Assembly: GCA_000388065.2 (NCBI GenBank)
Contig: KB932201.1
Reading direction: 5' to 3' (one strand)
Length of the DNA: 64,000 nt
Source of the DNA: Fonticula alba ATCC 38817
Taxonomy: Eukaryota > Protista > Nucleariida
The position numbers were made by a program, and so were the translations under genes. Position 1 is the first letter of the stretch. Every line of letters starts with the position of its first letter. This document shows, one piece after another, positions 26,020 through 39,241 of the stretch. The notes beneath the pieces were generated by a model. It was given only the letters and a program-made list of their open reading frames with translations. It did no database searches and was not told where the DNA came from.

Positions 26020-27396
26020 AGAGCCAGCTGCCGGCGGTGTGGACCCCAAGGAGGTGGTCCTGCTCGGCAAGGCCCTGCGGTCGATGAACGAGTCGCTGGA
26101 GAGCCACTCCGAGCGTCTGACTGATCTGTCCCTGCGCATCGACCTGATGGAGCAGAATGATCGCCAATTGGAGGGCAAGACCATCAAGATGGAGAATGAC
26201 CTCCGCCAGGAGCTGGCCCAGCAGGCGGACAGCCTCTTCGACCAGGGACAGCAGCTGGCCGTGCTGGAGTCGGCTCATCGCGAGTCAAGTGTCATGTGCG
26301 TGTTTGGGGCGTTGGTCTCTTGCCCTTCCGATGGTCGTCCATCTACCATTTGCCCCTCGGGTGTTGGCTGACCTTTCGTCTTCCCCATTCCCGTGCTCAT
26401 GTGTTTGCCCTTTTGTGCTTCGTACACTGTCTGCCCGTGTCCCCTCGTCTCGGTTCAGCATCCGGCAGATTGCCGAACGGCCGGCGGCGGCCAGCCCGGC
26501 GCAGACGCCACCCACCCTGACCGATGGTCATCTTTCCCCCCTGAAGGATTACATTGGTCAGGTGGACCACGCTCTTCAATCGGCCGGTGCCTCGATCTAC
26601 TACCCGATGACCACGGCGCCGCGAATGCTGGCCCGCCCGACGGATGCCAGTGCCGACCGTCAGTCGCTCATCGGTCGTCTGTTTAGCAACCGCAAGAAGA
26701 CCCGGCCCACCTTCCTCCCTAGCCCGGAGACTGTCCTCCGTGTGCGTGGCTCTTCCCATCTCGCCTGATCCCCCACCCGCACCTCGTTATTCGAAGCTAA
26801 CAGCACTCTCTCTCTCTCTCTCTCTTTTCTTCACACACACACACACACACTCATGCGTTTCTCTCGTCCCCCCGTGTTTTCTGGCAGAGCTACTATGAGC
26901 GCGGATGGTGCTACGAGTTCGGCGCACAGGAGGGCGCCATCGGCATTCGCCTGCCGTACCCAATCATCGTGTCTGGCTTCACCATTGATCACATTGATCC
27001 GGCCATCGCTCCGAGCTCCGGCTCTGCTCCCAAGCGTGTCTCCCTTAATGTCCGTCCATGCACTGCCTCATGGCCCCTTGGCCTCCCCTCTCCCCCTCGC
27101 CCCTCCTCCCTCCCTTCCCTTTGCCTGTCTGGTTCCTGACCCACTCTGCTGCCCATGCCTCCACTTCGCAGGCTTACGACCCCCTGACCGAGTCCAGCGT
27201 TCAGGTCGCGCGAGGCATCTTCAAGGTTGGCGAGGGCCACTCCTCGATCCAGACCTTCGACGTTCTGCCCATGTTCCAGACGTCCACCATCGCGCACCAG
27301 ATCTTTGTCCTGCGTGTCTTCGACAACCACTCGACTCCGGAGAAGCCCGAGTCGACCTGCCTCTACCGCGTGCGCATTCACGGCCAGCGTGTCTGA
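23621..27396 (+). CDS. SUN-domain (Sad1/UNC-84) inner nuclear membrane protein
   Basis: Multi-exon gene with hydrophobic TM segments (YTAIITCITFTWHLFAIIGVAFW; GVISVILVLMVAL), coiled coils and polyQ. C-terminal SUN motifs: AGASIYY..T, GWCYEF..QEGAIGIRL...IVSGFTIDHI...SAPK (exon ~26889-27035) and VLRVFDNH...STCLYRVRIHG*. Confidence 0.92.
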
Positions 27397-27652
27397 GGGC
27401 CCCGCACTCCGGCTCCCTCGTATCTTTCACATTCCTGTGCCCTCCTTTTCCGGAAAAGGGGGCTCAAACATTGAAAAAAAAAAAAAAGCAACTCCCAACA
27501 ACGACAATAGCAGACTGTCCTCCTCCTTGACCTCTTCCTGCTCCCCTCCGAATGGGATTTGCCCTGGCAGGTTTATCTTCTTGCTTCGTGTTACTGCCAC
27601 ACACATGGTCACAAAACACGGAGGAGGCAAGTGGTCGGCCACCAAAATCAAC

Positions 27653-27658
27653 AATAAA
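27653..27658 (+). terminator. Candidate polyadenylation signal AATAAA for the SUN gene
   Basis: AATAAA about 260 nt after the stop codon. Use of this motif by the organism is unverified. Confidence 0.3.
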
Positions 27659-28255
27659 CAAAGCTGCATCCCATCCAGACGCGCGCGTTTGAACACATCG
27701 CCCCTCCGGAGGGCGGGCATGGGCCTGTGCGTGCGCGCGCGCGCGCACACGCGCGTGCGTGCCCGTGCGCCTGGGGACACAATGATACTCTCAGGCCCAA
27801 GCAACAGGCCCCTCGAAATGGTGGATTAAGTTCCGATTAAGAAGCACTATCACAGCGCATAGCCGAGCGGAGCGTTGGCTGTACTGAATGAACAGATGTT
27901 GGTCCGAGAGTGATGGCCTACCGTGGGAATCGACCGGGGGTGTGAGTCGTTCTCGGGCGGGTTTCCGGCCCCCCGCCCCTCCCCGTCTGGTGGTCTTCTT
28001 CGCGCGTTCGGCTCCGTGCCCGGCTCCTCTCCGGCTTCCTTGTCATCACCGACACCATCACAAACACACATTTTCACGGTCACCTGCTAACCTGTCTCAA
28101 AAGTGCGTCCAAAGATGCACCCAGGCTTCCCGCCTGGGGGTCCATCCCCAAGTCCCCTCCCCCCTGCCCTGCCTTGTCCTGCCGCCTTTCCTTGCTTGTT
28201 CGCTCTCCCACTCCCTCTCTCTCTCTCTCTCTCTCTCGCCACCTGCCATTCCACC

Positions 28256-29870
28256 ATGCTGCGGTCACTCTGGGGCGTGGCCGTGAAGGCCAGCCTCCCA
28301 GTTGCCATCGGGGCCTGGTGTGTTGTTGGCGCGCAACTTGCTCTCGACAGCTACAGCACCGCGCAGAAGAACCGTAAGGAGCTATCTCATCGCCAATCGA
28401 CGTGCGTCCCGGGTGAGGGCCTTTTCCTTCTTTGATTGGGCTTTCACCTCGCGGCTGTGGTTCCCTGACCGTCTTCCGCTCCCAGTCTTGATGCCGCGCT
28501 CAAATTGAGCCATTCCATTTGGCTTCAGACTGCCAAGAACCTGTGTCAACTGGTGACACGCACGGTGTCCGTGGACACACGCAAGGTTTGTTTTGCCACC
28601 CACTCGCCTGCTAGAGGGCGCCCTGATGTGCCAAGGTGGGACCTCCGACTGACTCGCTTCCCCGTGTATAGGCTCTCTCGGAGATCGCCGCCAAGCGCGA
28701 GCAACATGCCATCGACCGAGAGGAGGTTCTCAATCAGATGCTTGCCATTCTCACCTCCTGTGCGTAGTCTCTTCGAAATCTCCTTCCCCCCCCCCCTCAC
28801 CAAGGCCCGCCCCTAACCACAGGGCATTTGTGGATCGTGCACCTGGCCTTCCCTCCCCCCTATTCACCTTTCCCCTCGCCCTCCCCTGCATTGAACCTGC
28901 TCGCGTGCGGCAACTTGCAGGCGTGGAAAGCATTGCCTTGTCGGTGTTGCTTTTTTCCATGATCAGCGCCCGGTCACGGTTGGTTTTGTCACTGGTGTCG
29001 CGCGAGCGCTACCTCCGAGCCATTGCCCCGTCAGAGTCCGGCCGCTGTGCCACCGGGTCCGATGATGCGCCTGCCTCCGGGTCCAGTCTGCCGGCCGAGG
29101 AGTCGGACGAGCCGCTGACGCAGTCGCTTCTGCGCATGGCCATGTCCAGCACCACGAGCCCGGAATCGGCCGAGTGGCGCCAGCTGGCTGCCATGGTGTC
29201 GCGTCAGGTCCGAGTGGCCGGGGCCCAGGCCATTCCACTTCCAACTCCGGAGGCTGCCGGCTTGCAGGGCTCGGACCCGGTCGGGGCCCCGCAGCCGCCA
29301 GCGCTCTCGCTATCCATCGAGAGCCTGACCCAAAGGGTGACCCCGCTGCAGCTGGCACACTGGCTGCAGGCAATTTGCACCCAGGCGGTCAGTCGGGTGT
29401 TGGAGTCCTTCCGGTTGGCGAGCACCGGGCCTTCTGACTCCGGGTCACCCTTTGAAGGGTGCGATATGCGCATGCGGCTGGCTGACGAATTCGCCGATCT
29501 CCTGGAATCGCCCATCTTCCAGCATGCCATTGAGGCTTCGGTGGCGGCCATGATCCCGGCCATTCTGCCCGCCCTGCAGCAAGACACCACGGTGGTCGAG
29601 GAGTGGCGTGGGGCCAGCGGCAGCGGGTCCTCGGGCTCGTCATCCGGGTCTTCATCGCTTGGGCTGGTGTCTCCCGGCACAGGGCCGGCAGCCGCCACCA
29701 AGGGCAACCCGCTGAGCATTTGGCTGCACAACATTTCCCTGGTGCCGTCCCTGCTGGCTGGGGCCTTCTTCCAGGAGTCGTCGACCGGGGTGTCCGCAGC
29801 GTCGACGGCCACCGAGCCGCTCGTGGACGCCGCCTTCGCCACAACCTGGCTCAGTCGACAGATGGACTAG
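28256..29870 (+). CDS. PEX3: Peroxin-3-like peroxisomal membrane protein, about 427 aa
   Basis: Exons 28256-28401, 28486-28585, 28672-28759 and 28921-29870 sum to 428 codons. N-terminal MLRSLW plus a hydrophobic anchor. RLVLSLVSRERYL resembles PEX3 RVQLNIIGG.IYL, and RLADEFADLLESPIF resembles PEX3 KLLNETRDMLESPDF (comparisons from recall). Confidence 0.62.
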
Positions 29871-30466
29871 TCGTGCTGCCAGCCTCCTTCGGGGGGTCGG
29901 AAAATACAAGCAACACCATTTCTCCTGGCCCCCTCTTTCCCTTTTCCTCTCTCCCCTTTGGTGTGTATCTACCCTCCCTCCTCTCTGCCGACCACCCTTC
30001 GGCCAGTCTGATTTAGGAGCCTCTTCTCCTGGAAAAAAGGGGCGAGGGGGGGTCTATTTCCGTGTCTGCCTCGCCCTCGCCCCTGCATTCGGCTTTGATT
30101 GGCTGCCCAGGTGGGCCTTGTCAACCCCCTGTCGAATTCCGTGCCCGGATACGTGTCCCACGCAGACTCGCGGCGGGGCATTCATTCGTAGTACATTGGG
30201 CTGAGGTGCGCCGGAAAAGCAGCAGCAAGTGGCACAAAGGGCAGGCGTGGGAAAATACACGCGCGAAAGTCCTGGCAAAACTACCGCCAGGCCGGCGGCC
30301 GCCCGTTTGCCTCGCTCAGAACATAGTGCCACCTACGCGTGGTACCATGTGTCCGTCTGCCTGTCGGCCTGGCCCTCGCCCCTCCTTCACTCTGCTAGGT
30401 CTCTCTCGTGGCCGCTCATTCGCTCGCCTGTCGGTGAAGGCTCCTGCCCTTGAGCCTCTCGTGGCC

Positions 30467-33258
30467 CTACAGCTCCGAGCGATGGTTCATAATCAAGGGG
30501 TTGTCCTCATCGTACTCCTGGATGCTGTCCCGCCGAGAGAGGGACCCTGGGGAATTGGGAGACCCCACGCCCCCAGGGCGTGGGCTTAGCCCGACGGTGG
30601 AGCTCCGCCGCCGACTCCACATGTACTGCGACGTGGGGGACAGGCTGGCCCCGGCGCCGGTGACCGACAGCCGGCGCTGGTTGGCCGCCGATGCCGCGGC
30701 GGCCGCCGACTCCTGGGCCTCCTCGCGTGCGCGAATCCAGCTGACCAGCAGGGTGCCGGCGGCCACGAGAGCCGCCCCGACGATGTCCGTCCACTGGAGA
30801 ATGTACCCCAAGACCAGGGCCGACAGGGCGGCCGAGGCCACCGGCTGGATGGGCCAGAAGGCGGTCACCCCGGCGGCCGAAACGCCCCCCTTGCCCGAGG
30901 CCCAGGATACAATGCCAAATCCCAGGGCCGAGCATCCGACCGCCCCATAGAGGATGGCATACCAGGCCTCGGTGGGAATGGCCCAACGGACCGAGGTGCA
31001 ATAGTCCCCAAGTCCGGGCGGGCAGCCAAGCAGCGCAATGCACATGAGCAGCGTGGCGAAGCCGTACGCCCAGGCGGTGGTGATGATCGGCGCCGGGCCG
31101 GCATCGATGTCCTCGCGCAGGGCCTGGCAAAGGCCCGGCTCAACGACATTCAGCAGGAAGCAACTGCAAGTGGTCCGACCGGCGGCCTGGTGCCCGCCGT
31201 GTCCATGGTGGTACGGCGAGTGCCGGGCAAAGCCGAAAGACCCGGCCGGGGAGTAGTTCGGGGGCAGGGCCGGCGAGAGGCCGGTCCCTGTGCGCCCGGT
31301 GCCGGTGCCGGTGCCGGTGCCAGTGCCGCCGGGAGCATTGATGCTCACGGCAAGCCCATTGAGGCCCGAGGGACTGGCCGCCGGGTGGTAGGCCGATGTC
31401 GCCGGCGGTGGGGGGATGCCCACCACGGCATCCAGGTCCAAGTAGCTGGCCGGGGCCGAGCCGGACACCTGGATGTGCATGCGCGGGCTGCCGATCGCCA
31501 CCGGGGACCCGGGCGCCGGGGCCTGATCGGACCCGGGCGCCGGGGCACCTGGCAGCTCGATGCCCACCGGGCGAATGGTGATCGACGTGCCGACGGCATT
31601 GAGGTCGATGATCGAATGGCGCCGAGCGCCGGAGGGATACCGGCTGCCAGGTGCCCCGGCCGCTGGACCGGCCGCGGTCAGGGCCATTTCCTCCTCCACC
31701 CGCCGGGTCACTTGGGCCCGGCGCATCGGGCGACTCTTCATGAAGCCGGCCAGGTACAATGCATACAGGGACATGGCCGTGGTGTTGACCAGCAGGAAGA
31801 TGCTCCCGAGCACCAGATCGTAGGTGGTCTCGGTGAAGGGCCGCATCGGGGCCGGGTCGAGTTCGCGATCCAGGCTGGCGACCGAGACCAGGCCGGACCG
31901 GGCCAAGTGCGAACGCAGGGTGCGCGCCGCCGAGTCAGGCCGGGCCGACATGCCGCGCAGCCACTCGAGCGTTTGCTCGGTGGCATTGCGAATGATGCGG
32001 CCAATGGGCCCGGAGCCGGAGTCCGGCCCATCGAAGCCTCCATCACCGCCGGGCGTCCCGTCGGCCGAGCTACCCCCACCGAGGCTGCTTTCCTCCCAGG
32101 AGGGGAAATCCTCGGTCGGGAAGTCGATGTCCCCCTCGCCGGGGATGGTGTCGCCCGAGTCCGGGATGATGAGCGGCCCGAGGGCCACCAGCAGGGCCCC
32201 GGCCGCGGCGCACGCGGTGCCGGCAAAGCGCAAGGCCCAGCCCATCCACGAGCGGGCTCGCTCGGCGCCAATGCTACAGGCGATGGCCATGGTGATGACC
32301 GGCACCGCTGGCTGAAGGGCGGCCACATGCACGGCCGACACCCGGGCCAGGGCCAAGGCATAGCACAGTTGGTTGAGCACCAGGCAGCCGCCCAGCAGGA
32401 GCAGGCCGAAGATGCTCTCCCGGTCGGGGAGTGGCCACTGGGTGGGGATGCCGGCCGGGGGCTGGCGCCGAATGGCCGAAGCCCCGGGGCTGGCCCGGCC
32501 GCTGGACTTGGGCATGGCCGGCGAGTAGCCCCCCCGGGCCGGGGGGCCCGGGCTGCCGGGCGAGCTGCCGCCCGAGGCGCCGGACGTCTGACTGAGCATC
32601 TCGCAAACGCCGCTGCACTTGAAGAGCCGGTGGTCCAGCATGTCCAGGTCGTGGTCAACCGAGGGCAGGTGCATTCGACCGGGGCCCGGGCCATCGGTCG
32701 AGCTTCCGGCCGCGCCGCCATTGATGCTGGCCCCATTGTGGGCACCGGGGGCGTGGCTGTTGGAATGGCTGCCCCGCAGGCCGCCGTACGATCGGATGTC
32801 AGCCTCGTTGACCGGGATCGACAGGTCCAAGACCGGCTGATCTGGAGCCCAGGCCCGCTGGACCAGCTCCACGGCCCGACGCCAGCGCTGGTGCCGGGGA
32901 CGGGACTCCATCAGCCACCCGGCAAGCAGGAGCAGGGGCACCGCGAAGAAGTCCCGCAGGACGGCCATCACCACGGCATCGGTGTCCTTCTCCAGGGCCA
33001 CCTTCGCAATGACGGAGTAGCCCCCGAAGACGCACTGCACGTGGGGCCACCGTCGATGCGTCGGCGCCGGGACCCAGGTCGGAGGATGGTGTGAGCAAGG
33101 GGCGATGCGTCGGGGCTTGGGGCCAGGCGCGCGCGTACCATGGTGGCTACCAGGACCGGGAAAACAACCCACTTTTGCCAGCCGGCCTTGTTGGCTGCCC
33201 CGGGCGGGGGCGGCTCAGGCACGCTGGGCAGGCTGAGGCTGCTGCTGTGTTGCGACAT
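30467..33258 (-). CDS. EamA/DMT-superfamily membrane transporter (two EamA repeats, WAT1-like) with very long loops, about 895 aa
   Basis: Exons 33258-33139 and 33034-30467. Motifs: VFGGYSVIAKVAL, AVLRDFFAVPLLLL, NQLCYALAL..VSAVHVAALQPAVPVITM, WYAILYGAVGCSALGF...W, VTAFWPIQPVASAALSALVLG, GAALVAAGTLLVSW. Confidence 0.88.
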
Positions 33259-34570
33259 GGCTGCGCGTGTGGCAGGGCCGCTTTGCGAGGGAAGGTGCCA
33301 CAGAGACGCGTGGGAGGGAAGTGCAAGGCCAAAGGCCGAACAGGCTGTTCCTGGAAATGCAGGCAAGCCGGGCTGTTTGCAGGCAAAGACCAAGCTCCGG
33401 GCGGTGGGGCTACGAGAGCCTGGTGAGAACAGGCGTTTGGAAGGTGGTTGTGAGAGGAACCAAGTGGCGTGGAGGGGAAGTATGTGCGGAGGAGAGGGGG
33501 GAGGGGGGAGGGGGGAATTGAAAGTGGATCAAAAAGGGAAGACCAAAAGGGGGAGAAGGGACAAAAAAAAAAAAATTTACAAAACGACACCCCAAAAGCC
33601 CCACCAACCACCCCACACAGACAAGGGGACCCCCCCCCCCCCCGCTCTTCGCGCGATCCCGGCTCGCTGCGATCTCTGGCGGGAAATGCCATGCGCTCTC
33701 GGAAAGGGCGCTCGGGTGAGAGGTGAGGAATTAATGTTCCAGTCAGGATCGATCTGACGCCATGCAGCCGGGGGCTCGAGAAAGGGGGGCAGCTGAGGGA
33801 GAACGACGGATGCCCAAGAGCCACCCACTCAGACGGTGGGTCATTAATTCCGGCCCCTTGGAGACGCGGTCCGATGCCGATGCCGGTACAAACCTGAGAG
33901 GAGGCGGAGCCGAGCCTTCGGGCATGGACTCAAAAAGGCCCCCCAAGAATGTCCCACCGAGGGGGAATGCATGCTCCAGGGGCCGAGTTGATCAGGCACT
34001 CTCGGTGCCCCCGGCCACCGAAGGCGCGACCTCCGCTTCGCCCCTCGCCCCCCTCGCCCCCCTCGCCCCCTCGCCCCCCGCGTCCCCGCGCCCAGGTCTG
34101 CTGTTCGCCTGTCTCCAGGACCGGCGTGCCTTCGTGCGCCTTCAACCACCAGGGCGGGTATGCCTGCCTTCGTGCCCCAAGCATGCGTACAGGGTCCTTC
34201 GTGTTGGTGACCGGGAACATACAGGCCCACCGGCCCTGGACACCCCGGATGGAATCCGCCAGGCGCCTCGGTCGATGCGGGAATCCGCCGACCCCTTCAG
34301 GGAACCAAGACACTGGGCACCTGCCTCAATGGGACGTGGCCTTGGTAGCGGGGACCCTCGTAGCCAGGCAGAATTGCCTGAGGCACGAGCAGGCAGGTAG
34401 TGGGTGGCGCCCCGAGGTGCAAAGAGCCAGAGCCACTCACGGGTGGCGATCCAGGGCCTGTGGCCCATGCTTCGGGGAGCCTTCTCCCGAAGAGTCGGAA
34501 AGGAACCACCTGTCCGGTCGGCGGTGGCATGCCGTGCCCCTCGGCACCCACCCTCGCTCCCTGGACGCCT

Positions 34571-34616
34571 TCGGTCGCACTCGGTCGCACTCGGCCGCAC
34601 TCGGCCGCATTCGGCC
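34571..34616 (+). repeat. 10-bp tandem repeat (TCGG[T/C]CGCAC) x ~4.5
   Basis: tcggtcgcac tcggtcgcac tcggccgcac tcggccgcat tcggcc, in the intergenic region between divergent genes. Confidence 0.8.
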
Positions 34617-36585
34617 CTGCTGGCGGTGCGGCCCGCCAAGTGGTCGGTCGGTCGGTCGGAATGGGATCCAGTGCAATTGTGGGTTGATAACTCCTGGATG
34701 GAGGGGCACAGATGGTCCACAATTTGTTTGCCCGTCGTACACCCTGTGGGCTCCTCGCAGGCGGGCGGGCATACTGGCAGGCCTGTCTTTGGGATGGGAT
34801 AGGGGGGTCGATCTGGTGGAGCCCATAGGAATACTATTATGGAGTGGCGCTCCGGCGGCAGTTGGCCCAGTGTCGCTGAAGCAGGCCAGCCGCCAGCCAA
34901 ATGAATCGGCCCCGCTGGCCTAATCAGGGGGCGCAGGGTCCCCCTGCTGAGCCGGAAACAAGGGGGTGGGGACGCTCCAGGAGTTGCTGACGCCTGTTGC
35001 ACAAGAAAATGCGCACAAACTACGGGGACAGAGAATTTCCCGCTGTAGCAGGGTTCTCGCGGATCCAGCCTTACGTTAAAGGTGTGGAGCTTTGGCGGAA
35101 GCCATGCCGGGGATCTTGCCACAGGCTGGGGGTCACTCCCGGCTAAAAGGAGGACGCACCGAACAGGGGGGGGGGGGGGGGGGGACAGTGTTACTTGGGA
35201 AGGGAGAGCGGTAACAGGACCGGAGGGCGAGTTAGCGGGCGGGCAGACAAAGCAACTCGTGCAACAAAAGGAGTTCGAGAGACGGCCTTAGAACAGATAT
35301 GTTCACGGGCTGGGCGGAGTCTTCAAAGGGGATGCTTTCTCATCCTCTCCGATAAACACAATCGTCGGCCTCCACAGTGTTCACTCTCAGGAGGCTTTCC
35401 CCATGGGAGTCCCCCGTTTCGACCTTGGGTAGGTCGCGGGGTGGGCCGGAGAACCCCGCGTACACGAGTGTGTGCCCTCCCTTCCCTTGGGTCCCCGCCA
35501 GCGGCCCTGCACTCAGCGGCCTCTCGTCCGTTGTCCGGTGCGCATTCCTTCTACAATGACATTCATTTCTAATATTATGTCACGGGACCGGAGATTGTGA
35601 CCTGCGGTCCAACCAGTGATTCCGGTCGTGGGGGTTTGGGGGACGCTGCCTGAGCAGGCGCCCGCGCCGGAGGGGCCGGTCGGGGGGCACCTGGCTCGGA
35701 TGTTCCCGCCGTGTGTCTGGGAAGGCTCCCTGCCTCGGTGGGGAGACCCCTTTTCCTGGTGGCAACAACGGCATCAGGCCATCGGTGCATCTGGGCTGGT
35801 GGGGCGGCGGTTTCTCCTGGCCTTCGGGCGTCTGGGCTGGCGAAAGGGGGGGGGGGGGACGGACAAGGTGGCCATCCCCCCACCCCGGAGGAGCCCAAAT
35901 TCGTCGGGGACGGCAACAGCCTCCCTGGGAGAAGTACCCTCCCCCCGAGGGGGACACCCCGGCCGTGGCAAACCACCAACCAGCAGGGCCGGAGAGCATG
36001 GGGTTGTGGCTGTGCATGCCAGGAGGGGGGGAGAGGCGTAGTGGCGCGATCGCTTGAGGCACGGTGTGGCGTGATGCCGGCAAGTGCCTTGTCCCCGAGT
36101 CTATGTGTGTGAACTCCCTCGGGGGCTTTCCGCGCCACATAGGGATCGGGCCAGCTAAGACGCAGTGCGCAGCGTGTGCAAGGGGGCCGGGAGGCCGGCG
36201 GTCGCCCCTTCCACGCGGGTGATCGCAAGCTTGGCCACACACTCGTCAAGGAGACGGGGGGGGGGGGGGGGGGGGGGGAGGGGGGGACGGGGGACGATGT
36301 CAGCGCCGAGAGGGGGAATCCCCCCCCGCAGGGAGGAGGGCATGGTCGGGACAGGGCCAGCAGGCGCACCTCTGCACGATCTGCCGGATGCGGCTGGAAA
36401 CCATGGCGGCGCTTGGCCTGTATGCCACGCGGGGCCGGGGGGGGGGGGGGGGGGGGGCAAAGAGGACAGAGAACTATTTGAGCCCCAAGCGGGCACCTTG
36501 GGTGTCCACCCTCCACATCCACACGGCCCTTCCCCTCCCCTCCTCCGACTTGGCTGTCCCTCCCCCCCCCCCTCCTTGCCGCACC

Positions 36586-37598
36586 ATGTCCGACTCCGTC
36601 GCCCAGAAGTTCGCGGACTTCTTCCCCACCCTGTCCAATGACATTCTGGCTCACCTGAAGACCATCAGTGCGTTGCTGCCTCCTCCCTGTTGCCGCACAC
36701 CCGCACGCGCCAGTGCCCGCACACCAGACTGCGCACATGTCTGCAATCGGCCCTGACCTCTGTTCCATCCTGCTCCTGCTCCTCCTCCTCCGCGCGTGTG
36801 CGCGCGTGCCTCCAGACATCCCCGTTGATGCCTTCAACTGGCTCGACCGCATGATGAACTACAATGTTCCCGGTGGCAAGATGAACCGTGGTCTGTCGGT
36901 TCACGACACCTACGCCGCCCTGGTCGGCCGCCCCCTGACCGAGGACGAGGTGACCAAGGCCTTCGTCCTTGGCTGGACCGTCGAGTGGCTGCAGGCCTTC
37001 TTCCTGGTCGCTGATGATATCATGGACCGCTCCATCACCCGCCGTGGTCAGCCCTGCTGGTACAAGGTGCGCAAGAATGTCTCCGCCCCCTCCCCAGGCC
37101 ACTTCCTCTCTCTCGCTCTCGCTCTCTCGATGCCATCTGCTCCCTTTTTCTCCCTACCCCGAGCCCCTGCCGATGCCTGCTCTAACGGCAGCGACCGAAA
37201 AAACAACACACCATCCCGCAGAACCCCGAGGTCGGCAACTTCGCCATCAATGACTCCTTCGCCCTGGAGTCGGCCATCTACATCCTGCTGAAGAAGTACT
37301 TCCGCACCGAGGCCTACTATGTCGACCTGCTTGAGCTCATGCTGGAGGTCACCTCTCAGACTGTCTTTGGCCAGCTGGTCGACCTGATCACTGCCCCGGA
37401 GGACAACCACAACATCGAGCTCTTCTCCATGGAGCGCTACCAGTGGATCATCCAGTACAAGACCGCCTACTACTCCTTCTACCTGCCGGTGGCCTTTGCC
37501 ATGCTCATGAACGGCATGTCTCCCGGTATGTCTCCGCCTCTTGGGCCATCCTCTCTGTCTCGCGCACACGCATACACACACAATTCGATCGTGTATGT

Positions 37599-37637
<39 letters not shown>

Positions 37638-38686
37638 CATTACTTGTATCTGGTGAGTTCGTTGCCCTGACACCTTAGTCCGCCCGCTCCACCAGACAAC
37701 CCCGCCTTCAAGATCGCCGAGAAGATCCTGCTCGAGATGGGCCAGTACTTCCAGGCCACCGATGACTATCTCGACTGCTACGCCGACCCCGAGGTCCTTG
37801 GCAAGATCGGTACCGACATCCAGGACAACAAGTGGTACATACCAGATGGACAGCCCACCGCCCTGCCTCTCCCCCTCCACATACACATACATACACACAC
37901 GCACACCCATCCCAAGGTGTCTCCTGCTGCTCCACCAGCAAACTTGCCCCGTACTTACATGCTACGCCTGCCCCGTTCCAGCTCTTGGCTCGCCAACCGT
38001 GCCCTCCAGCTCTTCACTCCCGAGCAGAAGGAGCGCTTCGCCGCCGACTACGGCAAGAACGACCCCGAGGCTATTGCCCGCGTCAAGGGTCCGTCCCGTC
38101 ATTATTTTGCCCTTCTCTGCTGAACCTGCTTTTGCTCCCCCCCCNNNNNNNNNNNNNNNNNNNNNNNNNNNNNNNNNNNNNNNNNNNNNNNNNNNNNNNN
38201 NNNNNNNNNNNNNNNNNNNNNNNNNNNNNNNNNNNNNNNNNNNNNNNNNNNNNNNNNNNNNNNNAAGCAGGCAACAGAGCGCAAGTGCCCCAACGGCTGG
38301 GACCAGGCATATGTATGTGCGCAAGGTCGCGCGCCCACGGCCCCGGCACAGGGAGAGGGAGATCTGCCCCGATGTTTTTGGGTGCGTGCTCTTGCTCATT
38401 TCCCGGTTCCTCCCCCCCCCTCGTGCTTTGCCACCCATGCATCGCTTTTTGCCCATGGCAGTGATGCTCTCTCTCTCTCTGCGTCCGGGGGAAGTAACCA
38501 CTAACAGCATCTCCCGTCCGATCTGCAGCCCTCTACAACGAGATCGACCTCGAGGCCCAGTTCCGCGCCTACGAGCAGGAGAGCTATGACAAGATCAACG
38601 CCATGATCGCTGAGGTCCCGGCTGAGACCATCAACCCCGAGATCTTTACCATTTTCCTGCGGAAGATCTTCAAGCGCAAGAAGTAA
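36586..38686 (+). CDS. FDPS: Farnesyl diphosphate synthase
   Basis: Six exons. Motifs: [31 protein letters not shown] (FARM), [33 protein letters not shown] (SARM), [12 protein letters not shown]-terminal KIFKRKK*. Confidence 0.96.
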
Positions 38687-39241
38687 GCTCCCGCGCCCAT
38701 AGCTTCATACCTTCTGCCGAATAGCTCCCCCCCATGCGCGCGTGCGTGTGTATGTGTGTGTGTGTGTGTGTATGTGTATGTATGCAGCCGCAAGTGGTCG
38801 ACTGAGTGAGGATCGGCTCGGACACCAAGATACAGTCCATATATGCTCTCCTTCCTCTCGGCCCTTTTGTGTTTCGGGAAAAATATACGGCCCCTTGCAC
38901 ATTCCGAAACTTCGTCTGAAAAAGAAACACCCAAGAGGCTGATGGGGGAGCCCGCCCCCACCATTGCACCGAACCAGGCACCTTCAACCTCGAAGGGGGC
39001 GCGCGCGCGCTGGCAGGCGGGGGGGATGCACGGACAGGGGAGACACGAATGAGCAGCTCAGTCTATTGGCATGATCTCGCCCTCGGTGGGGAGGGGGGGG
39101 GGGGCAGAGTGCACCTTGTGCTGCGCAAGGAAAAAAAAGAGGAAAAAAGTAGCCCATATGGGGAGGGCAACACAAGAGGAAAGGATATCGGGGAGGAGAC
39201 GGGGGCGGGGGTCTCTCTCAGCGTGGAGGAGATGCTCCGGA

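Noticed and set aside
35320-35465. Cluster of short GC-rich hairpins (CGACCT/AGGTCG; CGCGGGGT/ACCCCGCG)
   Set aside because: Such stems are expected by chance at this GC content, and I recognised no conserved boxes of RNase P/MRP, SRP, snRNA or snoRNA.
37737-37780. FPPS second Asp-rich motif reads FQATDDYLD instead of FQ(I/V)QDDYLD
   Set aside because: The catalytic Gln and Asp residues and the FF chain-length determinant before FARM are intact, so there is no basis for claiming a changed product.
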